The position numbers were made by a program, and so were the translations under genes. Shown here one piece after another: positions 16,936-25,133 of a DNA stretch of 52,731 bases (the first letter of the stretch is position 1; each line of letters begins with the position of its first letter). The stretch is taken from IMG/VR virus record IMGVR_UViG_3300037467_000956, positions 1-52,731 of that record; one strand, 5' to 3'. The notes below the pieces were generated by a model. That model did no database searches. It saw nothing but the letters and a program-made list of their open reading frames with translations, and was not told the DNA's origin. The DNA is from a virus (taxonomy: Duplodnaviria > Caudoviricetes).

Positions 16936-17363
16936 GGGGTTCCTCCCGTTGGTTTCCGGCGCCGGGTCGCGGCAATCAACGTCGCCAGTTCGGGCGGCAT
17001 GCCGTCGCTCTGGCCGACATAGGTAATCCCGCCGTCCTGATGAAGGATCACATGCGGACCCCGCGGACCCTTCGAATAGGTCAATCCGAACGTCTCCCAC
17101 CCGTTCTCGCGAAGGTAAAGCATACGGGCGAAGCCATCGGTCGCCACGTCGCCGCCGCGGATAGCCGTCACCGTCTGTGGCGGATCGATGATCCCGAGAC
17201 GCATAGCGAGATCTTCGATGATCTCCTCCGCATTGACCAGCATCACCGTCGGGTGACCCTGATGATAGGTGCGGCCGGGGTTGTCACTTTCCGCCGCGAG
17301 ATAGTCGCGGATGCGGTTGAGCAGTTCCGTAACACGATAAACATCTTCATCCCGGTCAGGCAT
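16929..17363 (-). CDS. Hypothetical protein (triplicated domain, copy 2, plus C-terminal domain)
   Basis: GGGGAG RBS; LL.RI.DYL...HP..L..AEE.+..L..R.GII.P. Confidence 0.75.
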   Translation of the reverse strand: MPDRDEDVYRVTELLNRIRDYLAAESDNPGRTYHQGHPTVMLVNAEEIIEDLAMRLGIIDPPQTVTAIRGGDVATDGFARMLYLRENGWETFGLTYSKGPRGPHVILHQDGGITYVGQSDGMPPELATLIAATRRRKPTGGTPC

Positions 17364-17592
17364 GATCGTCTCCCCGGCGCAACAGACGGGCGGTCTCTTC
17401 CGGCATCGGCTTCAATTCGCCGGCAACCGACCACAATTCGCCGTCATTGCCGATCACGATATACCGCTTGACCCCGTCAAACTCTGTGACGAAAGCCGAC
17501 CCGGCTAGGTTGAACCCTAGGCGGATCGCCTCCATTGTCCGGCAGACATGCAGCCGAGTGTTGTAATTGCTCTGCCCTCTCCGGTCATGCAT
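17356..17592 (-). CDS. Hypothetical protein
   Basis: GGAGG RBS; coupled ORF. Confidence 0.65.
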   Translation of the reverse strand: MHDRRGQSNYNTRLHVCRTMEAIRLGFNLAGSAFVTEFDGVKRYIVIGNDGELWSVAGELKPMPEETARLLRRGDDHA

Positions 17593-17860
17593 CGAACTGC
17601 CCTCCCTTGCGCGCGATTTCATGGATTTCGGCCGGGATCTCGCTATCCGGGGCGTTGCCATGGACCATAATGGCACCGTCGAACGTCAGGACTACGCGGC
17701 ATTCGCCCTTCTGCATGACGAACCCGAACCGAACCCAATCGTGATGGTCGAGAAACGAGAGCGCCCGCGCCATCTGGTCAATCATCGCGGCCAGACGTTC
17801 CGGACCCCCGACTAGGTCCGCCGCCTTCGCCATTTCCGGCGGCATCTCCGGTTTCGCCAT
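17585..17860 (-). CDS. Hypothetical protein
   Basis: GGGGAG RBS. Confidence 0.7.
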   Translation of the reverse strand: MAKPEMPPEMAKAADLVGGPERLAAMIDQMARALSFLDHHDWVRFGFVMQKGECRVVLTFDGAIMVHGNAPDSEIPAEIHEIARKGGQFDA

Positions 17861-18003
17861 CGGTCGGTCTCCCCATCTCGGTTGCAAACCACACCCATAC
17901 GTCCCGCAAGGCTTCCGCCCGGTATCTGTGAACCGGCGCCGTTACGCCCGTCGCGGTTTCCTGCTGCCATCGGTCAAGGCCGCGTTCGACAATTTCATGG
18001 TCC

Positions 18004-18381
18004 TTATGGCGCCGCCGTGTCCTCTATAAGCTGCTCGTCTTCCAATCGGTCCGCCTCATACTGAAGCGCTTCGGCGAGGGCTTCTTTCGTCGCACCGAGC
18101 GCCTCGAAATGGTCAAGGACAGCACCGATCGATTGGGCGAACTGGTCCACGGTCGAGAGAACCGGGACCGGGGTCTCTCCCGTGTCGCGCAATGGCTGGA
18201 TAATGCCGGATCGCTCGGCAAGCCCGATGATCGTCCCGGATGCGCGCGCCAGCAGACCCGCCGGACTGTCGGGATGGACAATTCTGTCTGGACCCTTGAG
18301 CGTGGCCAAATACCCCTCAATGGCGTTGATCATGTTCACGATGTTCAGCGCATATTCCGCCGGGGACGTTGGGGCGCTCAT
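18004..18381 (-). CDS. Hypothetical protein (triplicated domain, copy 3, plus acidic helical domain)
   Basis: I.GYL...HPDSP.GLL..A...I..LA.RSGII.P. Confidence 0.7.
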   Translation of the reverse strand: MSAPTSPAEYALNIVNMINAIEGYLATLKGPDRIVHPDSPAGLLARASGTIIGLAERSGIIQPLRDTGETPVPVLSTVDQFAQSIGAVLDHFEALGATKEALAEALQYEADRLEDEQLIEDTAAP

Positions 18382-18479
18382 GGCGCGACCCCCATGCCGA
18401 CCAGCACGCCGAACACCATGCCGATGAAGAAAATCACCAGCACCACCCCGGCGGGGGCGTAGTCTCGCCAGTCCATCAT
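18378..18479 (-). CDS. 33-aa membrane peptide (not in ORF track)
   Basis: MMDWRDYAPAGVVLVIFFIGMVFGVLVGMGVAP; ATGA overlaps at both ends. Confidence 0.6.
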   Translation of the reverse strand: MMDWRDYAPAGVVLVIFFIGMVFGVLVGMGVAP

Positions 18480-18664
18480 GGCTGCTCGTCCTCGGGGTCA
18501 ACGTCGAACTCCCCGCCATCCTCGCGGTCGCCGTGCTCGTCCTGGAGCGCGAGGGACTTCGCATCGAGCGCGTCGATCACGTCATAGACGTTGCCGCCAT
18601 GGGCCACCCATTCATCGATCAGCGCTTCTAGGCGCATCTCGAAATCATCCACGATGCCCGTCAT
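18476..18664 (-). CDS. Small acidic protein
   Basis: ATGA coupled; very D/E-rich. Confidence 0.7.
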   Translation of the reverse strand: MTGIVDDFEMRLEALIDEWVAHGGNVYDVIDALDAKSLALQDEHGDREDGGEFDVDPEDEQP

Positions 18665-18989
18665 TGCATGTCCCCTTTGTGCCGGGCGAGCCATTCGTCC
18701 GGGTCGATGTCGCCAACGGTCCGCATCTCGTCTTCCACCGCCTCGATCACGTCGGCTATGCCGAGACCGGCGCCGAGCGTCGCGCGCATTTTGAGCGCCA
18801 GCTTGACGGCGAGTTCCCGGCGGAACTCGGCCGCCAATCGGTCAGCATGTCGCCGCAGGCCGGGCACGTGAACACGGGGACCCGGACACGGATCAAAATC
18901 GCGTCTGGACCGTCCGGCTCGTATTGGAACTCTTGGACCATGTCTTCCCACGTGCCGGGCACATGGCACCCCGAGCATTCACTAAGCAT
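18661..18989 (-). pseudogene. MqsA/YgiT-type Zn-ribbon protein interrupted by a frameshift near 18831
   Basis: CSGC..VPVFTCPACGD..TDWR continues as AEFRRELAV only if one base is restored. Confidence 0.6.
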
Positions 18990-19164
18990 GGTCGGTCTCC
19001 CCCGCCATATCGCGCCGGATGCCGGCGCGGGTTTCCATGCGTTGCCGGCGCCAGAACTTCCGCTTGATCTTCCGCAGGATGCCGCGCTGCCAAGCGTAGC
19101 GATGGCGCGGGCCGGCGAGCGCGTCGTATTCATCGCCGCCCTTCGTCCCCCGACTGCCCATCAT
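18982..19164 (-). CDS. Small basic phage protein
   Basis: KGGDEYDAL...IKRKFWRR.R motif. Confidence 0.7.
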   Translation of the reverse strand: MMGSRGTKGGDEYDALAGPRHRYAWQRGILRKIKRKFWRRQRMETRAGIRRDMAGETDHA

Positions 19165-19685
19165 CGCCTCGGCTCCTTCTTCACCCCGCGGCGGCTGTCC
19201 ATGTATCCAGTCGCCGCCGGCCCGAACCCGACCCGCGCCGCCGCGGCGCGAAGTTCGTCCGCCTCGGGAAGAGTGTGCAGCCGTTGCTTCCCCGCCTCGA
19301 AAATGTCGCGGGTGAAATACCTGTCCCGGATGAGCCCGCGGCGCTCATCCTTGGTGAACATGGCGAACATCTTGCGGCAATCGAAGGTGCGGCACGTGTA
19401 AGGGCGCTTCTCCCATATCGAGCAACGGCCGCGGATCAAGGCATAGCAGGACCCGTCGGGCTTGCGGTTGAGCGAGAGCGTGGCGAGCCGGTTCGGCGCC
19501 GAGATGTCGACGTTGATCGCGCATTCATAGTCGGCCGGGTTATCGCCCCTGTCCGGCCGGACCGCGACCACGCTCCGGCAACACGCCGAGCATGTGCCGC
19601 ACGGCACCACGCATTCTTCGGCGGCGGACGCGATTAACTCGGCATCCCGATCGGAGACCTCACGGCCGTTGATGACGACGGTCAC
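19161..19685 (-). CDS. YkgJ-family cysteine-cluster (Zn/Fe-S) protein
   Basis: CGTCSACC, C..L..G.CSI.EKRP.TCR.FDC. Confidence 0.85.
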   Translation of the reverse strand: MTVVINGREVSDRDAELIASAAEECVVPCGTCSACCRSVVAVRPDRGDNPADYECAINVDISAPNRLATLSLNRKPDGSCYALIRGRCSIWEKRPYTCRTFDCRKMFAMFTKDERRGLIRDRYFTRDIFEAGKQRLHTLPEADELRAAAARVGFGPAATGYMDSRRGVKKEPRR

Positions 19686-19915
19686 GGCGCCGCCACCATC
19701 GGGCCTGTCCGGGCGGCAAGGTCCCGCTCCAGGATGGCGACACGGCCCATCAACCGATCGATCAACCCCACGGCCAATCGGAGCGCGATCGACGCTTCCA
19801 ATCCTTCGCCCTTCGCCGAGTCGCGCAGCACAGCGGCGAGTTCGGCATCGTTGCGATAGGTCGCGAAGATCTTGGTCATATCGACCGGCTTGGACAGTTC
19901 ATCGAGCGGGTTCAA
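19682..19915 (-). CDS. Hypothetical protein
   Basis: Coupled ORF; coiled coil. Confidence 0.6.
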   Translation of the reverse strand: MNPLDELSKPVDMTKIFATYRNDAELAAVLRDSAKGEGLEASIALRLAVGLIDRLMGRVAILERDLAARTGPMVAAP

Positions 19916-20187
19916 AACCAGATCTCCACAACAACGGGATCATCAGCGGGATTTCGCGGTTGCCGGGTCACTCCCCACGGCAGCGCCGCGCGGCATTCAT
20001 CGAGGCTATCGGCGACGATAGCGAACCCGAATGGTCCGCCCAGCTTGGACGAGAAAGGCCGCGCGACGAACTTGCCCGGCAAGTCCGACGGGTTGGCATA
20101 GACGGTCCATATCCAGAGATCGCCCTCTTGGATCGCCTTATTCTGCAACCGCTGCGCCATGGCAGCGTCGATCGGTTCGGTTCTCAT
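19912..20187 (-). CDS. Conserved hypothetical protein
   Basis: WTVY..PSD.PGKFVAR..DDPVVVE.W motif. Confidence 0.75.
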   Translation of the reverse strand: MRTEPIDAAMAQRLQNKAIQEGDLWIWTVYANPSDLPGKFVARPFSSKLGGPFGFAIVADSLDECRAALPWGVTRQPRNPADDPVVVEIWF

Positions 20188-20504
20188 GGCAGTTGCGCCG
20201 GGCCGGTCAGGACGAGCGCCGGGCCATTGATCGCTTCCCATTCCTCGCGTTTCAGCGGCCGGTCGGCACGGATAGACTGTTGCTGCTGCCAGAAGGCCGT
20301 TGCCTGCCGGTTCACGCATGCGCCGAGATGGAACGCGTCGCGATTGCAGACCAACTGACACGGTTCGCCGGCAATCGTCACGCACTCAATTCTGACATCG
20401 CCGCCGACGAACGCGCGTACCCAATCTGCCGCGGGCGGCTCGTCCGCATACTTCACCCACACTTCGCCCGAAATGGGCAGCATCCCGATAATCCGTCCGG
20501 TCAT
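20184..20504 (-). CDS. Hypothetical protein (DUF3846-like)
   Basis: FVGG..IE.V, N..AT..W, I.GPA.VL.G. Confidence 0.6.
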   Translation of the reverse strand: MTGRIIGMLPISGEVWVKYADEPPAADWVRAFVGGDVRIECVTIAGEPCQLVCNRDAFHLGACVNRQATAFWQQQQSIRADRPLKREEWEAINGPALVLTGPAQLP

Positions 20505-20521
20505 GAAATTCTCCGTCGATC

Positions 20522-21058
20522 CTATGCGTTCGGTTTGCGGTTGCCGGTCAGGTCGCCGAGCGGGCCGACCATTTCGAGCCCGCCGCCGTCCGCCGCCGCG
20601 ATCTGTCGAACCGGCTCCATCATGTCTTCCGCGAAGTCGACCATCTTCCCGGACTCGCCGCGGACAATGCGCCACGCGGCGGCGAAAGCCTCGTCCTTGT
20701 GCCGCCCGGTAAGCTGATAGACTTCGACCCGGTCGGGCCGATCGGCAACGTTGCCGCCGGGTTCGGCATCGGTCGAGATTGCCGCCCATGCTTCGGAGCC
20801 GAGAACGTACATCTGCGCACCGGTCTTGATCAGCAGGGCGGCCACCGTGTCCGCCAGCCGGTCCTTGTGGTCGAGTTCGTCCGGCGAGATGACCACCATC
20901 CCCAATTCGCCGTTCCGGTCGATGAAGAAGACGCACGGCAGCACGCCGCCATTGGTCTGGAGTTCATGCCGGGCGAACTGCGCGGCCGATGTCGCGAGCG
21001 CCTGCAACCGCGTCGCCGGCTTGAAATCGTCAATCGTGGTCAAGGCGACCCTCCGCAA
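20522..21058 (-). CDS. Hypothetical protein
   Basis: SEAW...PDR.EV motif; protein-like composition. Confidence 0.7.
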   Translation of the reverse strand: MRRVALTTIDDFKPATRLQALATSAAQFARHELQTNGGVLPCVFFIDRNGELGMVVISPDELDHKDRLADTVAALLIKTGAQMYVLGSEAWAAISTDAEPGGNVADRPDRVEVYQLTGRHKDEAFAAAWRIVRGESGKMVDFAEDMMEPVRQIAAADGGGLEMVGPLGDLTGNRKPNA

Positions 21059-21398
21059 TGGCCGTCAGATACCGGGCACCGAGAAGCGCCATGAACCCCG
21101 CCATGGTGAACCCGACGACTGCAATCCATTTCGTCACCATGTCCGCGGCGCCGACCATGCCGACCGCGCACCCAAGGAAGATCGCGGTCGACCCGAGCCA
21201 CATTCGGGCAATCTGCCGATGCATCCGGCGAACACGGTTGCGATCCATGGCGCGGTCAATCTCGATCTCATTCAGTTGCCGAAGGGTCGGCAGCCAATCC
21301 GGGTGGCTGGCGGCGATGGCGCCGACCCCTATCAGGATCGACGCCCCGCACTCCGGACAAACCGAGCGCAGCGTCTCGCTTTCCGGAAGGCTGATCAC
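21030..21398 (-). CDS. Membrane protein with CPECG Zn knuckle
   Basis: GTGA overlap; two C-terminal TM helices. Confidence 0.65.
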   Translation of the reverse strand: MISLPESETLRSVCPECGASILIGVGAIAASHPDWLPTLRQLNEIEIDRAMDRNRVRRMHRQIARMWLGSTAIFLGCAVGMVGAADMVTKWIAVVGFTMAGFMALLGARYLTAIAEGRLDHD

Positions 21399-22939
21399 AA
21401 CACTCTCCAGACGCGAACGCCGCGCGCCTTGGGATCGGGTTCGGAGCAGAACCATTGACCCAGCTTCTTCTGCTGGCGCCACATCATGTTGGCGAAGCGG
21501 CCCTCGAAAACCTCCATGGTCATCCCATAGGGGCACGGGGCGAAGAAGCTGTCCCCGATGTCCATGCCGCGGCCGTCTTCGCCTTGCCAAGGGAACATCT
21601 CCGTAAACAGGACGAGCGCGTTCGGCGGGACCGGAATGCCCTTTTCAATCCGGACCAGCGGCGTCGCCTGCTCCTCGCGCTGCGAATGGATCGCCGGGAC
21701 AGGCACGGGGCTCCGCGCCGGGTCCTCGATCACGGCAACTTCGCCGATGGTCTCCTCCGTCACGGCCGAGAGCGAGACCGGCACGCCCGGCGCCGCGTCC
21801 GCGGCCGGCGGCAATCCGGCGGCGGAACGCTCCTCTGGCGCGAGCGGCGAGAGAAGATCATGCGGGGTGGATTTCATCGCCTTGGCGATAGCGTCGAGAG
21901 CCGCGCGCTTCACAACGGCACCGGGGTTGCGCAGAAACCGCGGAATGGTGTCTCTCGACAAGCCAAGTTCGAGGGAAAACGCCGTCGGGGTAGTGTCCTC
22001 GCGCGTAAGGAACATCCGCAACCGCGCTTGCAACGGCGTATCATCGGGATGCGCCGGTCCGCCCGTCACGGCCGGAGTCAGGGACCCCTTTCCATAGAGC
22101 GGACCGAAGGTCTCCGGCTGAACGCCGAATGCCTTAGCAAGGCCGTCGCGGATGAGCGGCGTCATCGGAGCTTTCCCCATCATCACCTGACTGATGGTCG
22201 GCGGATCTTTCAACCCTCCATGGAAGGCAATGTCCTTGATGCGCCACCGGCGCTCGAACCGCATTGCCTCGATCAACTTGCCGACTTCCGTATAGCTATC
22301 GGCGTTGGCGCTCCTACGCGGCAATTTCGCCGTTTCAGCATTGGTCTTCTGGCGGGTCCGTGCGACCGCCTTCCAATAGGCGTCGCGCTCGTCGCCCTTC
22401 AAATCTTTCGGGTTCCGGCCAGCGAGGATTTGGGCGGGCGTGCCGGTCCGCAACATCTCCAGATAAGCGGCCGGGAACGGCGAGTCCTGCAAGGGCCGTT
22501 CCGTCGGCGGCGCGGCGACCGCGGCGGCCGGGGCCGGCGTCGGCTCGGCGGGCGGCGGCGGTTCCTGCGCCGGAGCGGCGCGCCGCGGTTCGACGGCCCG
22601 CGTCTTGACTTCCACCACCACCGGCGGCGACCGCTCGAACCGGTTCTTGATCGGCGGACGCGGCGGCGTCGGGTTCGCGATCTGCTCCAGGGATCTTGTC
22701 ATTTCCTCGCGGGTCATCGGCGCGGATGACATCGGCGGCGGCTCCTCTTGTTCCCATGCGGGGCGTTGCGGTCCGGGCTTCGGTTTCGGTCCCGCCTGCT
22801 TTTCCTGGAGCGCATCCAATCGAGATTGGAGATGCGCCCGGCGCTCCCGTTTTTCCTGTTCCCGTTCGTCGCGCTTCTTCTTCGCCGCCTTCCGCAGCGC
22901 AGCGCGAATGGTGTTGTCTTTGTCAGGGTCCGTATTCAT
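21395..22939 (-). CDS. Large multi-domain DNA-binding protein (two XRE-type HTH domains)
   Basis: Basic coiled N-terminus, Pro-rich linker, two HTH-like segments, C-terminal IEKGIPVP..FPW..M.IGDSFF..GVRVWR domain. Confidence 0.75.
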   Translation of the reverse strand: MNTDPDKDNTIRAALRKAAKKKRDEREQEKRERRAHLQSRLDALQEKQAGPKPKPGPQRPAWEQEEPPPMSSAPMTREEMTRSLEQIANPTPPRPPIKNRFERSPPVVVEVKTRAVEPRRAAPAQEPPPPAEPTPAPAAAVAAPPTERPLQDSPFPAAYLEMLRTGTPAQILAGRNPKDLKGDERDAYWKAVARTRQKTNAETAKLPRRSANADSYTEVGKLIEAMRFERRWRIKDIAFHGGLKDPPTISQVMMGKAPMTPLIRDGLAKAFGVQPETFGPLYGKGSLTPAVTGGPAHPDDTPLQARLRMFLTREDTTPTAFSLELGLSRDTIPRFLRNPGAVVKRAALDAIAKAMKSTPHDLLSPLAPEERSAAGLPPAADAAPGVPVSLSAVTEETIGEVAVIEDPARSPVPVPAIHSQREEQATPLVRIEKGIPVPPNALVLFTEMFPWQGEDGRGMDIGDSFFAPCPYGMTMEVFEGRFANMMWRQQKKLGQWFCSEPDPKARGVRVWRVL

Positions 22940-23224
22940 CGCCCATCCTTCAAGTCGCGGGAGCGGGCGGAAATCCAGTGTTCTCAAATGGCGTGTCGGA
23001 AATTCGGCGTTCGGAAGTAAAGAGTTAGCTCCTATTGGTCGCTCCGATGATGGTCTGCCCAAGGTTTGCCCTCCCACATGGTTAACCGCCCGTAGCCTAA
23101 CTGGCCGTTGGCCAAACCGCAAACCCGCACCTGCCAGGCGACGGGGATTTATTCGTCCACCGGCCAACTAGGCCGTTATGTCGATGGCTCGATATTGCCC
23201 GATTGAATAGCGACCGCAAGCAGA

Positions 23225-23244
23225 AAACGCATTTTGATGCGGAT
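23225..23244. promoter_or_regulatory. Operator upstream of the leftward accessory operon
   Basis: AAACGCATTTTGATGCGGAT, 16/20 to consensus. Confidence 0.55.
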
Positions 23245-23316
23245 TTGTGACGGCCGGAACTACATGGCATTTTATAGAAGTTTGAAGCGGTTTGCGGCGA
23301 TGGCAGAACTCGGCCG

Positions 23317-23457
23317 ATGTTGCCGGCCATTCACAGAGTCGCCTTGATGTCGCCGCGATCCGGACCGCCGACCGGACAGGCGATGTCGTCAATCAAGGCG
23401 GGACGATGCGGCAGTAACGCTGCCCGGCTTTTCGTCCTAAATGTTGCCGGCCATTCA
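23317..23457. repeat. 17-bp direct repeat flanking a hairpin
   Basis: ATGTTGCCGGCCATTCA at 23317 and 23441; GCCTTGAT/ATCAAGGC stem at 23341-23399. Confidence 0.8.
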
Positions 23458-23581
23458 TACCAGCACGGATAAAGGTCAGACGATATTGGCCTAGCACCGG
23501 GACCGCTATCCCAAACCCGGACGGGCGCGATGGGGTCGGCATCGTTCCCGGACCGCATCGGGGACGCTGTGTGGAATTGCG

Positions 23582-23616
23582 TTGACGGATCGGCGGTCTC
23601 TTCCTAATTCTAGGAA
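23582..23616 (+). promoter_or_regulatory. Promoter with palindromic operator
   Basis: TTGACG-17 bp-TAATTC; TTCCTAATTCTAGGAA (23601-23616) over the -10. Confidence 0.6.
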
Positions 23617-23637
23617 GGCAACAGACGGAGCTATCCC

Positions 23638-23847
23638 ATGCCGAGAGTGTTCATCGTCCTATTTGACCAGCGCGCCGGATGGGCCGTTGGCGAATGGTGG
23701 TCCCAATCCCGGAACCCGGAAGGGACATTCGAGGCCGACGCCACCCCGACATTCCATGTCGTCGGGAACTGGACTCACAACCGCGAGGCTATCGAGCAGA
23801 TGGCCGACCGGCTCAACGCCCGCCTGGAGAAGGCGGCGGCGCGATGA
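23638..23847 (+). CDS. Hypothetical protein
   Basis: GGAG RBS after the promoter. Confidence 0.7.
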   Translation: MPRVFIVLFDQRAGWAVGEWWSQSRNPEGTFEADATPTFHVVGNWTHNREAIEQMADRLNARLEKAAAR

Positions 23848-24068
23848 CCCGGCCGACCTATGACGAACTCGCCAAGGCGGCAGCGGCCTTGGTACTGAGC
23901 GCGCCCGCCAAGCCGCACAAATGGACATTCGAGTCACGGGTGAACCGCAAATTGCTCGACAAACTCGCCGATATGTTGCGCGCCGCCGGCTATGATCTCG
24001 ACGGCGCCCGCAAGATCATGCGAGAGATCGAACAGGAACGGCGGCGGGAGCGCCGCGGGAAGGGATGA
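23844..24068 (+). CDS. Hypothetical protein
   Basis: ATGA coupled; MTRPTYDELAK. Confidence 0.65.
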   Translation: MTRPTYDELAKAAAALVLSAPAKPHKWTFESRVNRKLLDKLADMLRAAGYDLDGARKIMREIEQERRRERRGKG

Positions 24069-24319
24069 TGGACAAACTCGAATTGTTGACACTGGCGGGG
24101 CGGGCTCTCTATGGCGCCCGATGGCAGACGCCGCTCGCCGCCGATCTCGGGGTGAGCAGCCGAACTGTCCGCAATTGGATCGCCGGGGTTTCGATCCCCG
24201 ATGATATCTGCATGCGCCTGCTGCCGATCATTCAGGACCACTTGATCACGCTGTCCAAGGTCAAGTGGACGGTCGACGCCGCCCGCGACGACTTCTTAGG
24301 CGGTCCGCCACCCCGCTAG
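24065..24319 (+). CDS. HTH transcriptional regulator
   Basis: LYGARWQTPLAADLGVSSRTVRNWIAG. Confidence 0.8.
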   Translation: MMDKLELLTLAGRALYGARWQTPLAADLGVSSRTVRNWIAGVSIPDDICMRLLPIIQDHLITLSKVKWTVDAARDDFLGGPPPR

Positions 24320-24510
24320 GGAGACGGCGCATTCTTCGGGGCGAAATAGACCACGGCGAACCCTAGGGCCGCGTTCACCACGGCCACCACCACATACCCA
24401 TACCAAGGCATCGAGACGCCGGGCGGAATGACAACCGCCGCGGTTCCCGCACCACCGACGCCGGCCGCCACAGCGCCGGCAATCGCTTTTGCGACCTTTC
24501 CAAGATCCAT
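24316..24510 (-). CDS. Holin-like membrane protein
   Basis: KAIAGA..; two TM segments; VY..PKN tail; in the lysis cluster. Confidence 0.6.
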   Translation of the reverse strand: MDLGKVAKAIAGAVAAGVGGAGTAAVVIPPGVSMPWYGYVVVAVVNAALGFAVVYFAPKNAPSP

Positions 24511-24519
24511 GATGACCCC

Positions 24520-24705
24520 CTAGCGGATGAGCGGCGCCGAGACCGGCAGGAATGAGAGCAGATAGAGGAGGAGGATCACGACAACGATCACGTAAGCGAC
24601 GGTCTTGATCCACGGCTCGATGGGCAGCGCCCGGACCAAGTACAGGACGAGGCCGACCACCACGAGCAGGACGAGCAATTGGACGAGGAACGCCGCCGGG
24701 ATCAT
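24520..24705 (-). CDS. Small two-TM membrane protein
   Basis: LLV.LVVVGLVLYLV..LPIEP..K hairpin. Confidence 0.7.
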   Translation of the reverse strand: MIPAAFLVQLLVLLVVVGLVLYLVRALPIEPWIKTVAYVIVVVILLLYLLSFLPVSAPLIR

Positions 24706-25133
24706 GGCGCGACCCCTACGGCCGGGGGCGGCAACACGTTCTCGGCTCCGGTATCCGACCGCAGGTTTCGGAGCACGACAACCGCCCGCTCCGCCTCTTG
24801 CAGCGCGACCAAGATCTTCTCTTCCGGCGACCCGGCCGCAATCAACGCATCGACCGCGTCGAGCGCTGCCATCGCCGCAATGCGGGCCTTGTCCAGAAGG
24901 GCGACGAGCGCCGGGCTGCTGCACGGCCGCGGCCCGTTCTTCGCGCATGGCGGCAACCCCGCATAGACGGTGATGAACAGCGAGGCCGTGGCGAGATCGG
25001 TACGCGCCGCGGCGATGCGCTCCTGTAGGGTCGCGTTCGGCCCGACATTGACCGATGCACACCCGCCGAGCAGCCCGCCGACAATGGCAAGCTGCAAGAT
25101 CACGGGACGCAGGACGCCGAAAACATCGATCAT
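24702..25133 (-). CDS. Lipoprotein (possible spanin component)
   Basis: Lipobox LLGGC; follows the endolysin. Confidence 0.65.
   Translation of the reverse strand: MIDVFGVLRPVILQLAIVGGLLGGCASVNVGPNATLQERIAAARTDLATASLFITVYAGLPPCAKNGPRPCSSPALVALLDKARIAAMAALDAVDALIAAGSPEEKILVALQEAERAVVVLRNLRSDTGAENVLPPPAVGVAP

Noticed and set aside
17720-17734. Alphaproteobacterial LexA box (GAAC-N7-GAAC)
   Set aside because: Inside a coding region and not upstream of a gene
23097-23558. Short minus-strand ORFs in the gap before the dual-HTH gene
   Set aside because: Atypical codon use and no motifs; the region looks regulatory
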